DNA of 27,054 nucleotides from an uncultured bacterium (lineage in GTDB: Bacteria > UBA8481): NCBI GenBank assembly GCA_964499705.1, contig CAZCME010000018.1, forward strand, positions 62,001 through 89,054, read 5' to 3'. Below are positions 9,772-19,209 of the stretch, piece by piece. The notes below the pieces were generated by a model. The model saw nothing but the letters and a program-made list of their open reading frames with translations. It made no database searches and was not told the DNA's origin. Position 1 is the stretch's first letter. Every line of letters starts with the position of its first letter. Made by a program: the position numbers and the translations under genes.

Positions 9772-10242
9772 ATGGATTCCCTGACCCTGCCCGACGATTT
9801 TTCCAGGTTCGCGGGTGAGCTTGCCGAGAGCTTCAGCTTCAACCGTTCCGTCGGCCAGATCTACGGCCTCCTCTTCATCCACGCCTCCCCTCTCTCCCTC
9901 GACGACATCTCCGCCATGCTGAAGATGAGCAAGGGCAACGCCAGCATCAACCTAAGGACGCTGGAATCCTGGGGCGCCATCCGCTCGGTCTCCGTCAGCG
10001 GCAGCCGACGTGACCACTACGAAGCCAACCAGGACGTCAAGGGCATCCTTGTCCGGCGCGTCCGGGAAGGCTTGTCGAGGCGCCTGGAAATGGCCGAGAC
10101 GAGTCTGTCTAAACTGTCCGAGCATATCGATTCCCGCCGGGCCGATCCCGCGGTCCTGAAGCGGATAAAGGAACTGAAAAACCTGGTGCAGCGCAGCCGC
10201 CGGGCCTTGAACCATCTCCCTAAGATCGCGGCATTCCTGTGA
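9772..10242 (+). CDS. GbsR/MarR-family winged-helix transcriptional regulator
   Basis: FNRSVGQIYGLLFIHASPLSLDDISAMLKMSKGNASINLRTLESWG...GSRRDHYEA matches the GbsR-type pattern; C-terminal helical region. Confidence 0.9.
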   Translation: MDSLTLPDDFSRFAGELAESFSFNRSVGQIYGLLFIHASPLSLDDISAMLKMSKGNASINLRTLESWGAIRSVSVSGSRRDHYEANQDVKGILVRRVREGLSRRLEMAETSLSKLSEHIDSRRADPAVLKRIKELKNLVQRSRRALNHLPKIAAFL

Positions 10243-10342
10243 ATCTAATCTCACGGCAAGAAGCGTAATCCAGGATGTTCCTCGAAGCGGAGATCCATAA
10301 CGCCGGCCTTTTCGAGCGTCCACGAGCGCCACGTAACGCATC

Positions 10343-11782
10343 ATGACCAGTCCAATCAGCAGACTCCCGACAGCAGCGGCCATTTATGCCGCGGGAGACT
10401 TATTGATCAAGGCGGGAAATTTTCTCCTCCTGCCGGTCCTGACTCACTATCTCACTCCGGAGGATTACGGCGTGATGGCGGGCGTCATGACCTTTGCCAT
10501 GATCGTATGCTTGATTCTTCAATTGAACCTGAACGGGGCGATGATGCGGTTCTATTGCGACTGTTCGGATGAACAGGAACGGAGGGACCTGGTCGGAACT
10601 GTTTTTCTTTTTTCCACGGCATGGTCCTGTCTGTTCATCCTGCTGACAAACATTGCGGGCGCTCACCTGCTGGATCACATCTACAACGGAGTACGGTTTG
10701 AGCCGTATTTGCGACTCGGCACGTGGCTGGCGCTTTTTAACAGTCTTTCCACTCTGCCGCTCGCTCTGATCCAGATGCAGCAAAGGCCGGTGCTGCACCG
10801 CTTCTTCACGCTTTCGACATTTCTCGGCAATACGGCATTCACTCTACTTTTCGTCGCCGGCTTGCGCATGGGCGTTCTTGGCTTCATTATGGGTCAACTG
10901 ACCGGATCCATGTTGTCCACCTTCCTCTTGCTCGCGTTCATGCGCCGTCACATGAACCTTGTTCTCAAGCCTCGCGTCTTGAAATTGTGTCTGACCTTCA
11001 GCCTGCCCCTGCTGGTTTACGCGTGCGCCGGATGGTTCATGGACTGGTCCAACCGCATCATTGTGGAACGCCATGTCAATCTGGCGCAATTGGGACTATT
11101 CAATGTCGGAAGTCAATTCGCCATGCTGCTTGGACTGCTCCTGGGCGCCGTCGGAATGGCCTACACGCCGCTGTTTTATCAGACTGCCAGGACGGAGCGT
11201 GCCCCGGCGACGCTCGCGCGATTCGGTCTCCTGTATTTCGCCGGCACGACGGGAGTCGCGCTGGTCATTTCCGCATTTTCGCAGGAGGTGGTTCGAGGCG
11301 TGACACAACCTGAATTTCATCCGGCTTTTATCGTCGTTCCCATCCTGACAGTGACACAGGCTCTCACCTGCGTCTGGCATCTGATTATCGGCCCTCTCAT
11401 GCTTAAAAAGAAAACATTCGTCATCATGAATTTGACGATTCTATCCGCTTTGGTCAGTGTCGGATCGAGCCTGTGGCTCATACCCCGGTATGGAATCATC
11501 GGAGCGGCCCTTTCGCCGTTGATCGCCAATCTGGTCCTCAACGCGTCCGCGTTCGCGATATCCATCCGCCTCTATCCCGTCCCCTACAAATACAGCCAAT
11601 TCGCCGTCATCGCGGGCACGGCTTTCATCCTCTATTTTCTTGCCGTTCAGGCGGGATTCGCAGACGCGCTTCTTTCTCTCGCGGCAAAATGTGTCGTTTT
11701 GAGCGTGTATCCGGCGATTCTGTTCGGAACAGGAATCGTGCGATTATCGCATCTTCGCCGGTTCTCCCTGGCCGATGTTTAA
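10343..11782 (+). CDS. wzx: Oligosaccharide flippase (Wzx, polysaccharide biosynthesis family)
   Basis: 479 aa with many hydrophobic helices; FLLLPVLTHYLTPEDYG, RFY, NRIIV...LGLFNVG and IPRYGIIGAA. Confidence 0.9.
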   Translation: MTSPISRLPTAAAIYAAGDLLIKAGNFLLLPVLTHYLTPEDYGVMAGVMTFAMIVCLILQLNLNGAMMRFYCDCSDEQERRDLVGTVFLFSTAWSCLFILLTNIAGAHLLDHIYNGVRFEPYLRLGTWLALFNSLSTLPLALIQMQQRPVLHRFFTLSTFLGNTAFTLLFVAGLRMGVLGFIMGQLTGSMLSTFLLLAFMRRHMNLVLKPRVLKLCLTFSLPLLVYACAGWFMDWSNRIIVERHVNLAQLGLFNVGSQFAMLLGLLLGAVGMAYTPLFYQTARTERAPATLARFGLLYFAGTTGVALVISAFSQEVVRGVTQPEFHPAFIVVPILTVTQALTCVWHLIIGPLMLKKKTFVIMNLTILSALVSVGSSLWLIPRYGIIGAALSPLIANLVLNASAFAISIRLYPVPYKYSQFAVIAGTAFILYFLAVQAGFADALLSLAAKCVVLSVYPAILFGTGIVRLSHLRRFSLADV

Positions 11783-12743
11783 GCGATCAAGTATTTCACA
11801 ACCGCTCGAAGCCTTGACGGCATTCCGGGCAAATGCGCTCGCATGCTTTCGCGATAAATTGGCGGTGGGTGCCTACCAGATGGAATCGGCAGCGTGCCTG
11901 TGCGGGGAAACCACGGGTGAGCTCATAGCAACGACGGACCGATACGCGCTCCCCGTTCAGACATGGCTCTGTCGCAAATGCAGCATGCTTTGGACCAGTC
12001 CCCGCCTTTCAAAGGAGAGCCTGGAACTATTTTACAATGACGACTACCGCGCTATTTACAGCGGCGATAACATTTCCTCGGAAGAGTTTTTCCAGGACCA
12101 GATCAAGGGAGGGAAGGAAGCGCTGAAATTCGTCCAATTCCATTTCCCCGATGGTGGAACCCTCTTCGATATCGGTTGCGGTGCCGGAGGAACCCTCATC
12201 CCTTTCCAGGAAACGGCGTGGCGTGGATTTGGATGCGATACCGGCGGTTCTTACCTGGATCGAGGCCGGGCGGCCGGTCTTGTTCTGGAACACGGAGGTA
12301 TCGATTCCTTGCGTGCGCATGGGAAAGCTGACCTGATCATGTTTCGCCACACGTTGGAGCACCTCGCGGATCCTGCCGACGCCATCCAAAAGGCCGCCGA
12401 ATTGATAAACGAGAACGGGTGCATTTATGTGGAGCTTCCAGGTGTCCGCTTTATTCATCGCTCCTATGGCGGCGACTTGATGCAATTTCTGCAGAATGCC
12501 CACCTCCATCACTTCACTCTCGATACTCTCTCCTCATTCATGTCACGATTCAATTTCGGCCTGGTTGACGGTAATGAATACGTCCGGGCCTTGTACCAAT
12601 TCGGCCGGCCTTCCCGCCCCATGACGCCAGATTTCAAATCAATGTTGAACTATCTGTCATGGATGGAAATCGGCCGCCAGGCAGGTGCTTGGCGGGCCAG
12701 TGCGCGGTTACGAAGTCTGTTACGAAGTTGGCGTCGGGCATGA
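11775..12743 (+). CDS. Class I SAM-dependent methyltransferase with N-terminal Cys motif
   Basis: CLCG...CRKC, FDIGCGAG, HTLEHLADP and IYVELP. Confidence 0.88.
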   Translation: MFKRSSISQPLEALTAFRANALACFRDKLAVGAYQMESAACLCGETTGELIATTDRYALPVQTWLCRKCSMLWTSPRLSKESLELFYNDDYRAIYSGDNISSEEFFQDQIKGGKEALKFVQFHFPDGGTLFDIGCGAGGTLIPFQETAWRGFGCDTGGSYLDRGRAAGLVLEHGGIDSLRAHGKADLIMFRHTLEHLADPADAIQKAAELINENGCIYVELPGVRFIHRSYGGDLMQFLQNAHLHHFTLDTLSSFMSRFNFGLVDGNEYVRALYQFGRPSRPMTPDFKSMLNYLSWMEIGRQAGAWRASARLRSLLRSWRRA

Positions 12744-13570
12744 GCTGGCGCCGAACGCTCGCGGACTGGACCCTGCCGCCCAACGTGGAGAACCTTATCC
12801 GGCTGGGCCTGTCAAACGCGCGCAAAACAAGTTCAGGAGAGTTATCGCGCAACCTTCGTTTCTCGAATCTTCATCAGGGTCAACGCTGCTTCGTAATAGC
12901 GACCGGATCATCTCTCAAGCGGCAGAACCTGAAGCTTCTGGCCGGAGAAATATGCATCGGTGTCAGTAATCTTTTCGTTCACCCCTGTTATAAAATATTC
13001 AAGCCGCAATACCACTGCGTGCCGCCGTGGCATCCGCCCATCACGGAGGCCGCCATGATCACATGGTTCACGGAAATGGCATCGGCAACCGGAGACGCCT
13101 CCTTATTCGTCTCACTGAGCGATAAAGCGCGCGTTGCCAAAGCGACCGGCTCCGCAAATGATAATATCTACTATCTGTATCATAACGACGTGGCGTACAA
13201 TCGCAGCCCGGGAATTGACCTGACTGCTCCGATTCCTTCACCGCGTTCGGTCACGATTTCAGCGCTCTATCTGGCTGTTTATCTTGGATGTCGTGACATT
13301 TATTTGCTTGGATTTGATCACGATTGGCTGGCCCATGTCGGCGAAAGCCTCCACTGCTATGAAGAAAGCCAGCACGCGTTGAACCGCAACGGCTACGATG
13401 AGTGGGGAGCATACGAAATGGAACCGCAGTTTCGAAATCTGCTGGAATTGTGGAAACAGTATCGCGCATTGAAAAAAATGGCCTCCGCGCGGGGTACGAC
13501 CATATATAACGCGACCGACGGAGGCTGGCTGGATGTTTTTCAACGAGTCAATTATGAAAAGCTGTTCTGA
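12740..13570 (+). CDS. DUF115/MptE-like (Maf / CstII-like fold) protein, candidate nonulosonate transferase
   Basis: RCFVIATGSSLK, LAVYLGCRDIYLLGFDHD and IYNATDGGWLDVFQRV. Start placed at the ATGA overlap (12740). Confidence 0.78.
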   Translation: MSWRRTLADWTLPPNVENLIRLGLSNARKTSSGELSRNLRFSNLHQGQRCFVIATGSSLKRQNLKLLAGEICIGVSNLFVHPCYKIFKPQYHCVPPWHPPITEAAMITWFTEMASATGDASLFVSLSDKARVAKATGSANDNIYYLYHNDVAYNRSPGIDLTAPIPSPRSVTISALYLAVYLGCRDIYLLGFDHDWLAHVGESLHCYEESQHALNRNGYDEWGAYEMEPQFRNLLELWKQYRALKKMASARGTTIYNATDGGWLDVFQRVNYEKLF

Positions 13571-13607
13571 TGGCGCCTTTGTCGCCGCCCGTGTCGCATA
13601 AGACATC

Positions 13608-15863
13608 GTGATAATCGACCGTCTGATTGAGCAGTTGATTGTCCATGGGGATGATCCCATTCTCGCGGCGCTCGAGAAGATCGACGCCAATCAGCGCCGC
13701 TTCATTCTGATCGTCGATGACAATCGACGACTGGAAGGAGTGCTGACGGACGGAGATGTCCGGCGGTGGCTGATCGAAAACCGATCGGCGGACCTTAGTC
13801 AGCCCGCGCTATCCATCGCGCGGAGCGAGTTTTGCTCCGCGCGGCAGGGGGAAAGCTCGGACCGCATAGCCCGGCTTTTTTCGGAAAGAATCCAGTTCAT
13901 TCCGATCGTTGACGACAATGGTCATCTTGTGGCTGTGGCCCGTCCGCGCAACAAGCGGGATTCGTTCACGATCGGACCTTATCGCATCGATGATAGCTCG
14001 CCGGTATTCGTGATTGCGGAAATAGGCATCAATCACAACGGAAAGCCCGAGCTTGCCCGGCAACTGGTGGATGAAGCCATCACGGCCGGGGCAGACTGCG
14101 TAAAATTTCAGATGCGCGACATGCCGGCGCTTTATCGCGGTGTGGACGCGGTAACCGGATCACAGGAAGACCTGGGCACGCAGTACACTCTTGATCTGCT
14201 TTCCCGGTTCAATTTGCCTCCTGAGGAGATGCTGGAATTATTCCGCTATTGCCTATCCCGAAATATCTTTTTCTTCTGCACCCCGTGGGATCTCTCGACG
14301 CTGGCGCTGCTCGAAAATTTCGGAATGCAGGCCTATAAGGTGGCATCGGCCGATCTTACCAATCACGATCTCCTCGCCGCGCTTGCCGCCACCGGCAAAC
14401 CACTCATCTGTTCGACGGGAATGTCCACAGAAGCTGAAATCATCGAGTCCGTGCAACTCCTGCGCCGCGCAGGCGCGAAGTATGCACTCATGCATTGCAA
14501 TTCCACATATCCGCCGCCGCTCAAAGACCTCAACCTTCGCTACCTATCTCGACTCCGCGAGATCGGCGGGTGCCCCGTCGGGTATTCCGGCCACGAGCGC
14601 GGATGGCATATTGCCGTCACCGCCGTCGCCTGCGGTGCCAAAATCATTGAAAAACACATAACGATCGACCGTTCGCTCGAAGGCAATGATCACGAGATCA
14701 GTCTGCTTCCCGAGGAGTTTTCTGAAATGGTCGCGAGGATACGCGAGGCGGAGGCGGCCCTTGGGCACGCAGGACCGCGCATCCTGAGCCAGGGTGAAAC
14801 GATGAATCGCGCCAATCTTGCCAAGAGCGTGATCGCTTCGCGCGCCGTCTCACCCGGCGAGATCATCACGGCTGATATGCTGTCGGTAAAGAGCCCCGGT
14901 CGTGGCATGCAGCCCAATCGCAAGAAAGACCTCATCGGTCGTCCCGCCAGGAGGTCGATGCAGCCGGGTGATTTCTTTTACCTGAGCGATCTCGGCCACG
15001 AGGTGGCAGGAGCGCGGCATTACCGCTTTCGCAGGCCATGGGGCTTGCCCGTCCGTTTCCATGATTACAGAGCACTCCTTGCCAAATCCAATCCGGATTT
15101 TCTCGAGTTCCATTTGAGCTACAAGGACATCGATCTCAATCCTGCGATGTTTTTTGATCGCCCATTCGAGAACATCGGCTTCACCGTTCACAGTCCCGAC
15201 CTCTTCGCGGGCGACCACCTGCTCAATCTCGCCGATCCTGATATCGCCTACCGAAATCGCTCTCTTGCCGAACTTCAGCGTGTCATCGATCTGACGCGCG
15301 CGATGAAGGGATGGTTTCCACCGACGACCCGCCCCCTCATCATCGTTTCCCTGGGCGGGTACACGCGTGACCGCCTGCTGGAAAAGGGTGAGCGCGAGGA
15401 ATCGTATGCGCGCATTGAGGCGGCGCTGAAAATTCTGGACACCGCTGGCGTTGAAATCATCGCTCAGACGCTGCCTCCCTTTCCATGGTATTTCGGAGGA
15501 CAACTTTTCCTGTCGCTCTTCATGGAGGCAAGCGACACCCGCGCGTTCTGCGAACGAACTGGAATGCGTCTCTGCTTCGATTGTTCCCACTCCATGCTCG
15601 CCTGCAACCATTTCAAATGGTCATTCAAGGAGTTCACGGACACCCTGGCGCGGCACACGGCACATCTGCATATCGCCGATGCGACAGGCGATGACGGCGA
15701 GGGTATTCAAGTCGGCGAGGGCAATGTGGATTTCTTCATGCTGGCCGAATCTCTAGACCGTCACTGCCCGAACGCCTCGTTTATTCCCGAAATCTGGCAG
15801 GGCCATAAGAATGACGGCGAAGGCTTCTGGTACGCGCTTGAAAAGCTGGAGCGATGGTTTTGA
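13608..15863 (+). CDS. neuB: N-acetylneuraminate synthase (NeuB) family fusion: CBS pair + NeuB + SAF + AP-endonuclease-2/xylose-isomerase-like TIM barrel
   Basis: CBS: GVLTDGDVRRWL, IPIVDDNG. NeuB: IAEIGINHNG, VKFQ, KVASAD, STGMS, HCNSTYP, GYSGHE, IEKH. SAF: KSVIASR...KSPGRG. Barrel: CFDCSH, HLHIAD, GEGNVDF, IPEIW. GTG start. Confidence 0.9.
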   Translation: MIIDRLIEQLIVHGDDPILAALEKIDANQRRFILIVDDNRRLEGVLTDGDVRRWLIENRSADLSQPALSIARSEFCSARQGESSDRIARLFSERIQFIPIVDDNGHLVAVARPRNKRDSFTIGPYRIDDSSPVFVIAEIGINHNGKPELARQLVDEAITAGADCVKFQMRDMPALYRGVDAVTGSQEDLGTQYTLDLLSRFNLPPEEMLELFRYCLSRNIFFFCTPWDLSTLALLENFGMQAYKVASADLTNHDLLAALAATGKPLICSTGMSTEAEIIESVQLLRRAGAKYALMHCNSTYPPPLKDLNLRYLSRLREIGGCPVGYSGHERGWHIAVTAVACGAKIIEKHITIDRSLEGNDHEISLLPEEFSEMVARIREAEAALGHAGPRILSQGETMNRANLAKSVIASRAVSPGEIITADMLSVKSPGRGMQPNRKKDLIGRPARRSMQPGDFFYLSDLGHEVAGARHYRFRRPWGLPVRFHDYRALLAKSNPDFLEFHLSYKDIDLNPAMFFDRPFENIGFTVHSPDLFAGDHLLNLADPDIAYRNRSLAELQRVIDLTRAMKGWFPPTTRPLIIVSLGGYTRDRLLEKGEREESYARIEAALKILDTAGVEIIAQTLPPFPWYFGGQLFLSLFMEASDTRAFCERTGMRLCFDCSHSMLACNHFKWSFKEFTDTLARHTAHLHIADATGDDGEGIQVGEGNVDFFMLAESLDRHCPNASFIPEIWQGHKNDGEGFWYALEKLERWF

Positions 15864-16534
15864 AGTATGCCGCCCTGATTCCGCTTCGTGGCGGGTCAAA
15901 AAGCATTCCGCGCAAGAATATCCGCATGCTCGCCGGACGTCCGCTTTGCGCCTGGGTCATCCGCGCCGCAATGGAATCGCGCGTCTTCGATTGCATCGCC
16001 GTTTCGACGGACGACGCGGAGATTTCCACGGTGGTGCGTCGTCTTGCTCCGGATATCCTCATCATCGATCGCCCTCCGGAACTCGCGTCTGACACGGCGA
16101 CAACCGAATCCGTGATGCTGCACGCGATCGGACACCTGAATTGCGACGTTTTATGCACGATTCAGGCCACTTCTCCGCTGCTGACAGGCGTGCATCTGCG
16201 CGAAGCCATGCAGCAATTCGAACAGGAAGCCCGCGATACCATGTTGACGGGAATACTCACCCGAAGATTCTACTGGTCACCAGGCGGGGAGCCGCTGAAT
16301 TACGATCCTCGACGACGTCCTATGCGCCAGCAATTTGCAGGTGCGGTCATGGAAAACGGCGCCTTCTATTTCACAAAAAAAGAAATTCTGCTCTCCAGTC
16401 GATGTCGCCTGGGGGGGAATATCGGGATATACCTGATGCCTGAGACATGCGCCGTCGAAATCGACGATCCCGCCGATTGGGAAGTTGCATCAGCGCTTCT
16501 GCAGGGAGAAGCGAAACTGGGAATGGATCAATGA
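15854..16534 (+). CDS. neuA: Acylneuraminate cytidylyltransferase (CMP-nonulosonate synthetase)
   Basis: ALIPLRGGSKSIPRKNI, VSTDD, RPPELA, QATSPL, ENGAFY and EIDDPAD. Confidence 0.93.
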   Translation: MVLKYAALIPLRGGSKSIPRKNIRMLAGRPLCAWVIRAAMESRVFDCIAVSTDDAEISTVVRRLAPDILIIDRPPELASDTATTESVMLHAIGHLNCDVLCTIQATSPLLTGVHLREAMQQFEQEARDTMLTGILTRRFYWSPGGEPLNYDPRRRPMRQQFAGAVMENGAFYFTKKEILLSSRCRLGGNIGIYLMPETCAVEIDDPADWEVASALLQGEAKLGMDQ

Positions 16535-16562
16535 TTCGTATTCGAAGGGACGCGACCAGCAC

Positions 16563-17378
16563 ATGAGCGGCCGACCATTCAAGCAGGTCGTCAAGCGGAT
16601 CGCCCCCTCGGCTGTGGAATGGTACCATGGGTTGCGGGGCAAGAGCGAATTCTCAGGCCGGTATGAGACCTGGAAGGAGGCCATGGAGTATTGCACCGGA
16701 TTCGACGCAAGCTCCATACCGTCGAAAGTGCGGGAGGCGCTCTTGAAAGTCAAGACCGGGAGCGCTGCTGGAGAAAGAGACTCGGTGCTCTTTGACACTC
16801 CTCAATATTCCTGGCCGGTTCTGGCCGGCATTCTGTGGGCACTTTCTACGGCAGGAGAAAGAATGTACGTTCTCGATTTTGGCGGATCGCTTGGCAGCCA
16901 TTATTTCCAATATCGCTCCTTTCTGGATGACGTCGCTGATTTACGATGGAACGTCGTGGAGCAACCCCGGTTCGTGGACGAAGGGAAGCGCCACTTCGAG
17001 GACAACCGCCTGCGATTTTATTCAAGTGTCCAGGAGTGCATTCGGAACGGCCATCCGCATGTCGCTCTCCTTTCGAACGTCCTTCAATATCTTGAGGCTC
17101 CGCATGATTTCCTTGATGAATTCACGCGGCTCGGAATTCGGTTCATCATCATCGACCGAACCGCATTTATCGACGAACCCCGTGATCGCCTCACTGTACA
17201 ACGCGTGCCGGCTTCCATCTATTCCGCCAGCTATCCCGCGTGGTTCTTCAGCCGCGCCGGTTTCCTTGCCCATTTTTCCGAACTGTACGAGTTGGTCGCG
17301 GAGTATGATGATCAAGTCATGGTCAATGTCCCTTCGACATACAGAGGATTCCTTTTCAAGCTGAGGACACGACCTTGA
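16563..17378 (+). CDS. Putative methyltransferase (TIGR04325-like)
   Basis: ERDSVLF, VLDFGGSLGSHYFQ, WNVVEQ, LQYL, DRT and ASYPAWFF. Start placed at ATG 16563. Confidence 0.82.
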   Translation: MSGRPFKQVVKRIAPSAVEWYHGLRGKSEFSGRYETWKEAMEYCTGFDASSIPSKVREALLKVKTGSAAGERDSVLFDTPQYSWPVLAGILWALSTAGERMYVLDFGGSLGSHYFQYRSFLDDVADLRWNVVEQPRFVDEGKRHFEDNRLRFYSSVQECIRNGHPHVALLSNVLQYLEAPHDFLDEFTRLGIRFIIIDRTAFIDEPRDRLTVQRVPASIYSASYPAWFFSRAGFLAHFSELYELVAEYDDQVMVNVPSTYRGFLFKLRTRP

Positions 17379-17391
17379 AGATAGGCGCCCC

Positions 17392-18348
17392 ATGTTCAAG
17401 CTGCTGAAATCTTCCCATATCAATCCGGTACTCGTCGATGTCGGTGCCGCGGGCGGTGCTCCGCGTATCTGGAGATCACTCGCGCCTCACTCCACCTTGA
17501 TCGCTTTTGATCCTGACCTTCGTGAGATGTCGCAGTCCCGCGGCGGCAGATACCACCGCCATGTCGTGTTCAACCGTGCAGTCACTCACGACACGCGCGC
17601 CGATGAGGTTGAATTTCATCTCACATCCTCTCCGTATTGTTCGAGCACTTTGCCTCCAGACCTTCCCTCGCTGTCCGACTATTCCATCCACGATTTGTTT
17701 CTCACCGAGGGAAGGGTACGCGTGCCGGCCATCACCCTTGACGCAGCGCTCGCGCAGCTTCAGCTCGATCGGATCGATTGGCTCAAGCTGGACACTCAGG
17801 GTATCGACCTCCGCCTGTTCCAATCGCTGTCCGATCCTGTTCGTTCAGGAATTCTCGCGCTGGACATGGAACCGGGGCTCATTGCGGCTTATTCGGGCGA
17901 GGATATGTTCATGGAATCGCATCGATATATGCTGGACCATGGATTCTGGCTATCGGATTTGAAGGTCTGCGGAGCGGCGCGCGTTCGCAGCACAACACTG
18001 CAGGTTATGAATCCGGAAATATCGACCCGGCAGTTCTTCGCACAGCGGATGCTCAAGAAGTCGCCGGCATGGTGCGAGGCGCGCTACCTGCGCACTCTGG
18101 ATGCCATCGCAGGAAGCAGCCGCGAGGAGCATGTTCTGCTCTGGACGTTCGCAATGCTCGATGACCAGCACGGATTCGCGCTCGACCTCGCGCTGGCTTA
18201 TGAAAAAATGTTCGGTCCCGATGAAATATCAACCGCGATGCGGCAGCACGTCCATATCAAACTGCGCCCCCCCTTCCATTATTCCATACGTGCAAGGCTC
18301 ATGGCGGCAAGACGGCGTGCACGACAACAGGAGTCCCGTACGGAATGA
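17392..18348 (+). CDS. FkbM-family methyltransferase
   Basis: LVDVGAAGG, FDPD, ITLD and IDWLKLDTQG. Confidence 0.85.
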   Translation: MFKLLKSSHINPVLVDVGAAGGAPRIWRSLAPHSTLIAFDPDLREMSQSRGGRYHRHVVFNRAVTHDTRADEVEFHLTSSPYCSSTLPPDLPSLSDYSIHDLFLTEGRVRVPAITLDAALAQLQLDRIDWLKLDTQGIDLRLFQSLSDPVRSGILALDMEPGLIAAYSGEDMFMESHRYMLDHGFWLSDLKVCGAARVRSTTLQVMNPEISTRQFFAQRMLKKSPAWCEARYLRTLDAIAGSSREEHVLLWTFAMLDDQHGFALDLALAYEKMFGPDEISTAMRQHVHIKLRPPFHYSIRARLMAARRRARQQESRTE

Positions 18349-19196
18349 TCAGGTTCTGTGTCAGGAAGACGAGGCTTTTGCTGCCGTACCTGCGGGGCAC
18401 GATCGCCGTTTTCCGCCGCTCACCTTCAACCTATACCCGTCTCCTGATTCAGCTGCCCTTTGTGTTCCGCGGATTATCACGGTCACAGTCGGATCGCTCG
18501 TTTCTTCCAGCCTGTGCCGGCTCGGACCACGAAACTTCAACGACGTCATCGAATCCACTGAAGTCCTATTTCAACGCGCATGAAAAGGGTCGCGGAATCT
18601 GGAAATGGATTCACTATTTTGATATCTACATGCGGCATTTCGATCGGTTCGTCGGCCGCGATGTTCACATCCTCGAAATCGGAATCTACAGCGGAGGAAG
18701 CCTGGAAATGTGGCGCCATTTCTTCGGGGAGCGCTGCCATGTCTATGGAGTCGACATTGAGGCGTCCTGCAGGGTATATGAAAATGATTACACGCGCGTC
18801 TTCATCGGCGATCAGGCGGATCGCGCATTCTGGAAATCAGTGAGGGGCCAGGTTCCCGTGATCGATATCGTGATCGATGACGGAGGTCATAAAACCGAGC
18901 AACAGGTCGTCACGCTCGAAGAGACGCTGCCGCACCTCGCGCCGGGTGGAGTGTATCTCTGCGAGGACGTCCATTTCACGAACAACGACTTCGCCGCCTA
19001 TGCTTACGGCCTTGTGAAATGCCTTAATGATCTTCCCTGCGATGACATCATCGCGGGATTCGCCCCCTCGGAATTTCAGAAGTGGATCGATGGAATTCAT
19101 TTTTATCCCTTTGCCATCGTCATCGAGAAAGCCCGCACGCCCGTTTCCCGTTTTCTTGCGCCGAAACGTGGGACGGAATGGCAGCCGTTTCTATGA
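18345..19196 (+). CDS. Class I SAM-dependent (sugar O-)methyltransferase
   Basis: KWIHYFDIY, ILEIGIYSGGSLEMW, GVDI, IGDQAD, DIVIDDGGH and GGVYLCEDV; ATGA overlap with the upstream gene. Confidence 0.88.
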   Translation: MIRFCVRKTRLLLPYLRGTIAVFRRSPSTYTRLLIQLPFVFRGLSRSQSDRSFLPACAGSDHETSTTSSNPLKSYFNAHEKGRGIWKWIHYFDIYMRHFDRFVGRDVHILEIGIYSGGSLEMWRHFFGERCHVYGVDIEASCRVYENDYTRVFIGDQADRAFWKSVRGQVPVIDIVIDDGGHKTEQQVVTLEETLPHLAPGGVYLCEDVHFTNNDFAAYAYGLVKCLNDLPCDDIIAGFAPSEFQKWIDGIHFYPFAIVIEKARTPVSRFLAPKRGTEWQPFL

Positions 19197-19209
19197 TCTC
19201 CGGTCGTCC

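Noticed and set aside
10243..10342. ops/JUMPstart element, riboswitch or terminator before wzx
   Set aside because: No GGCGGTAG motif and no convincing stem-loop found by eye.
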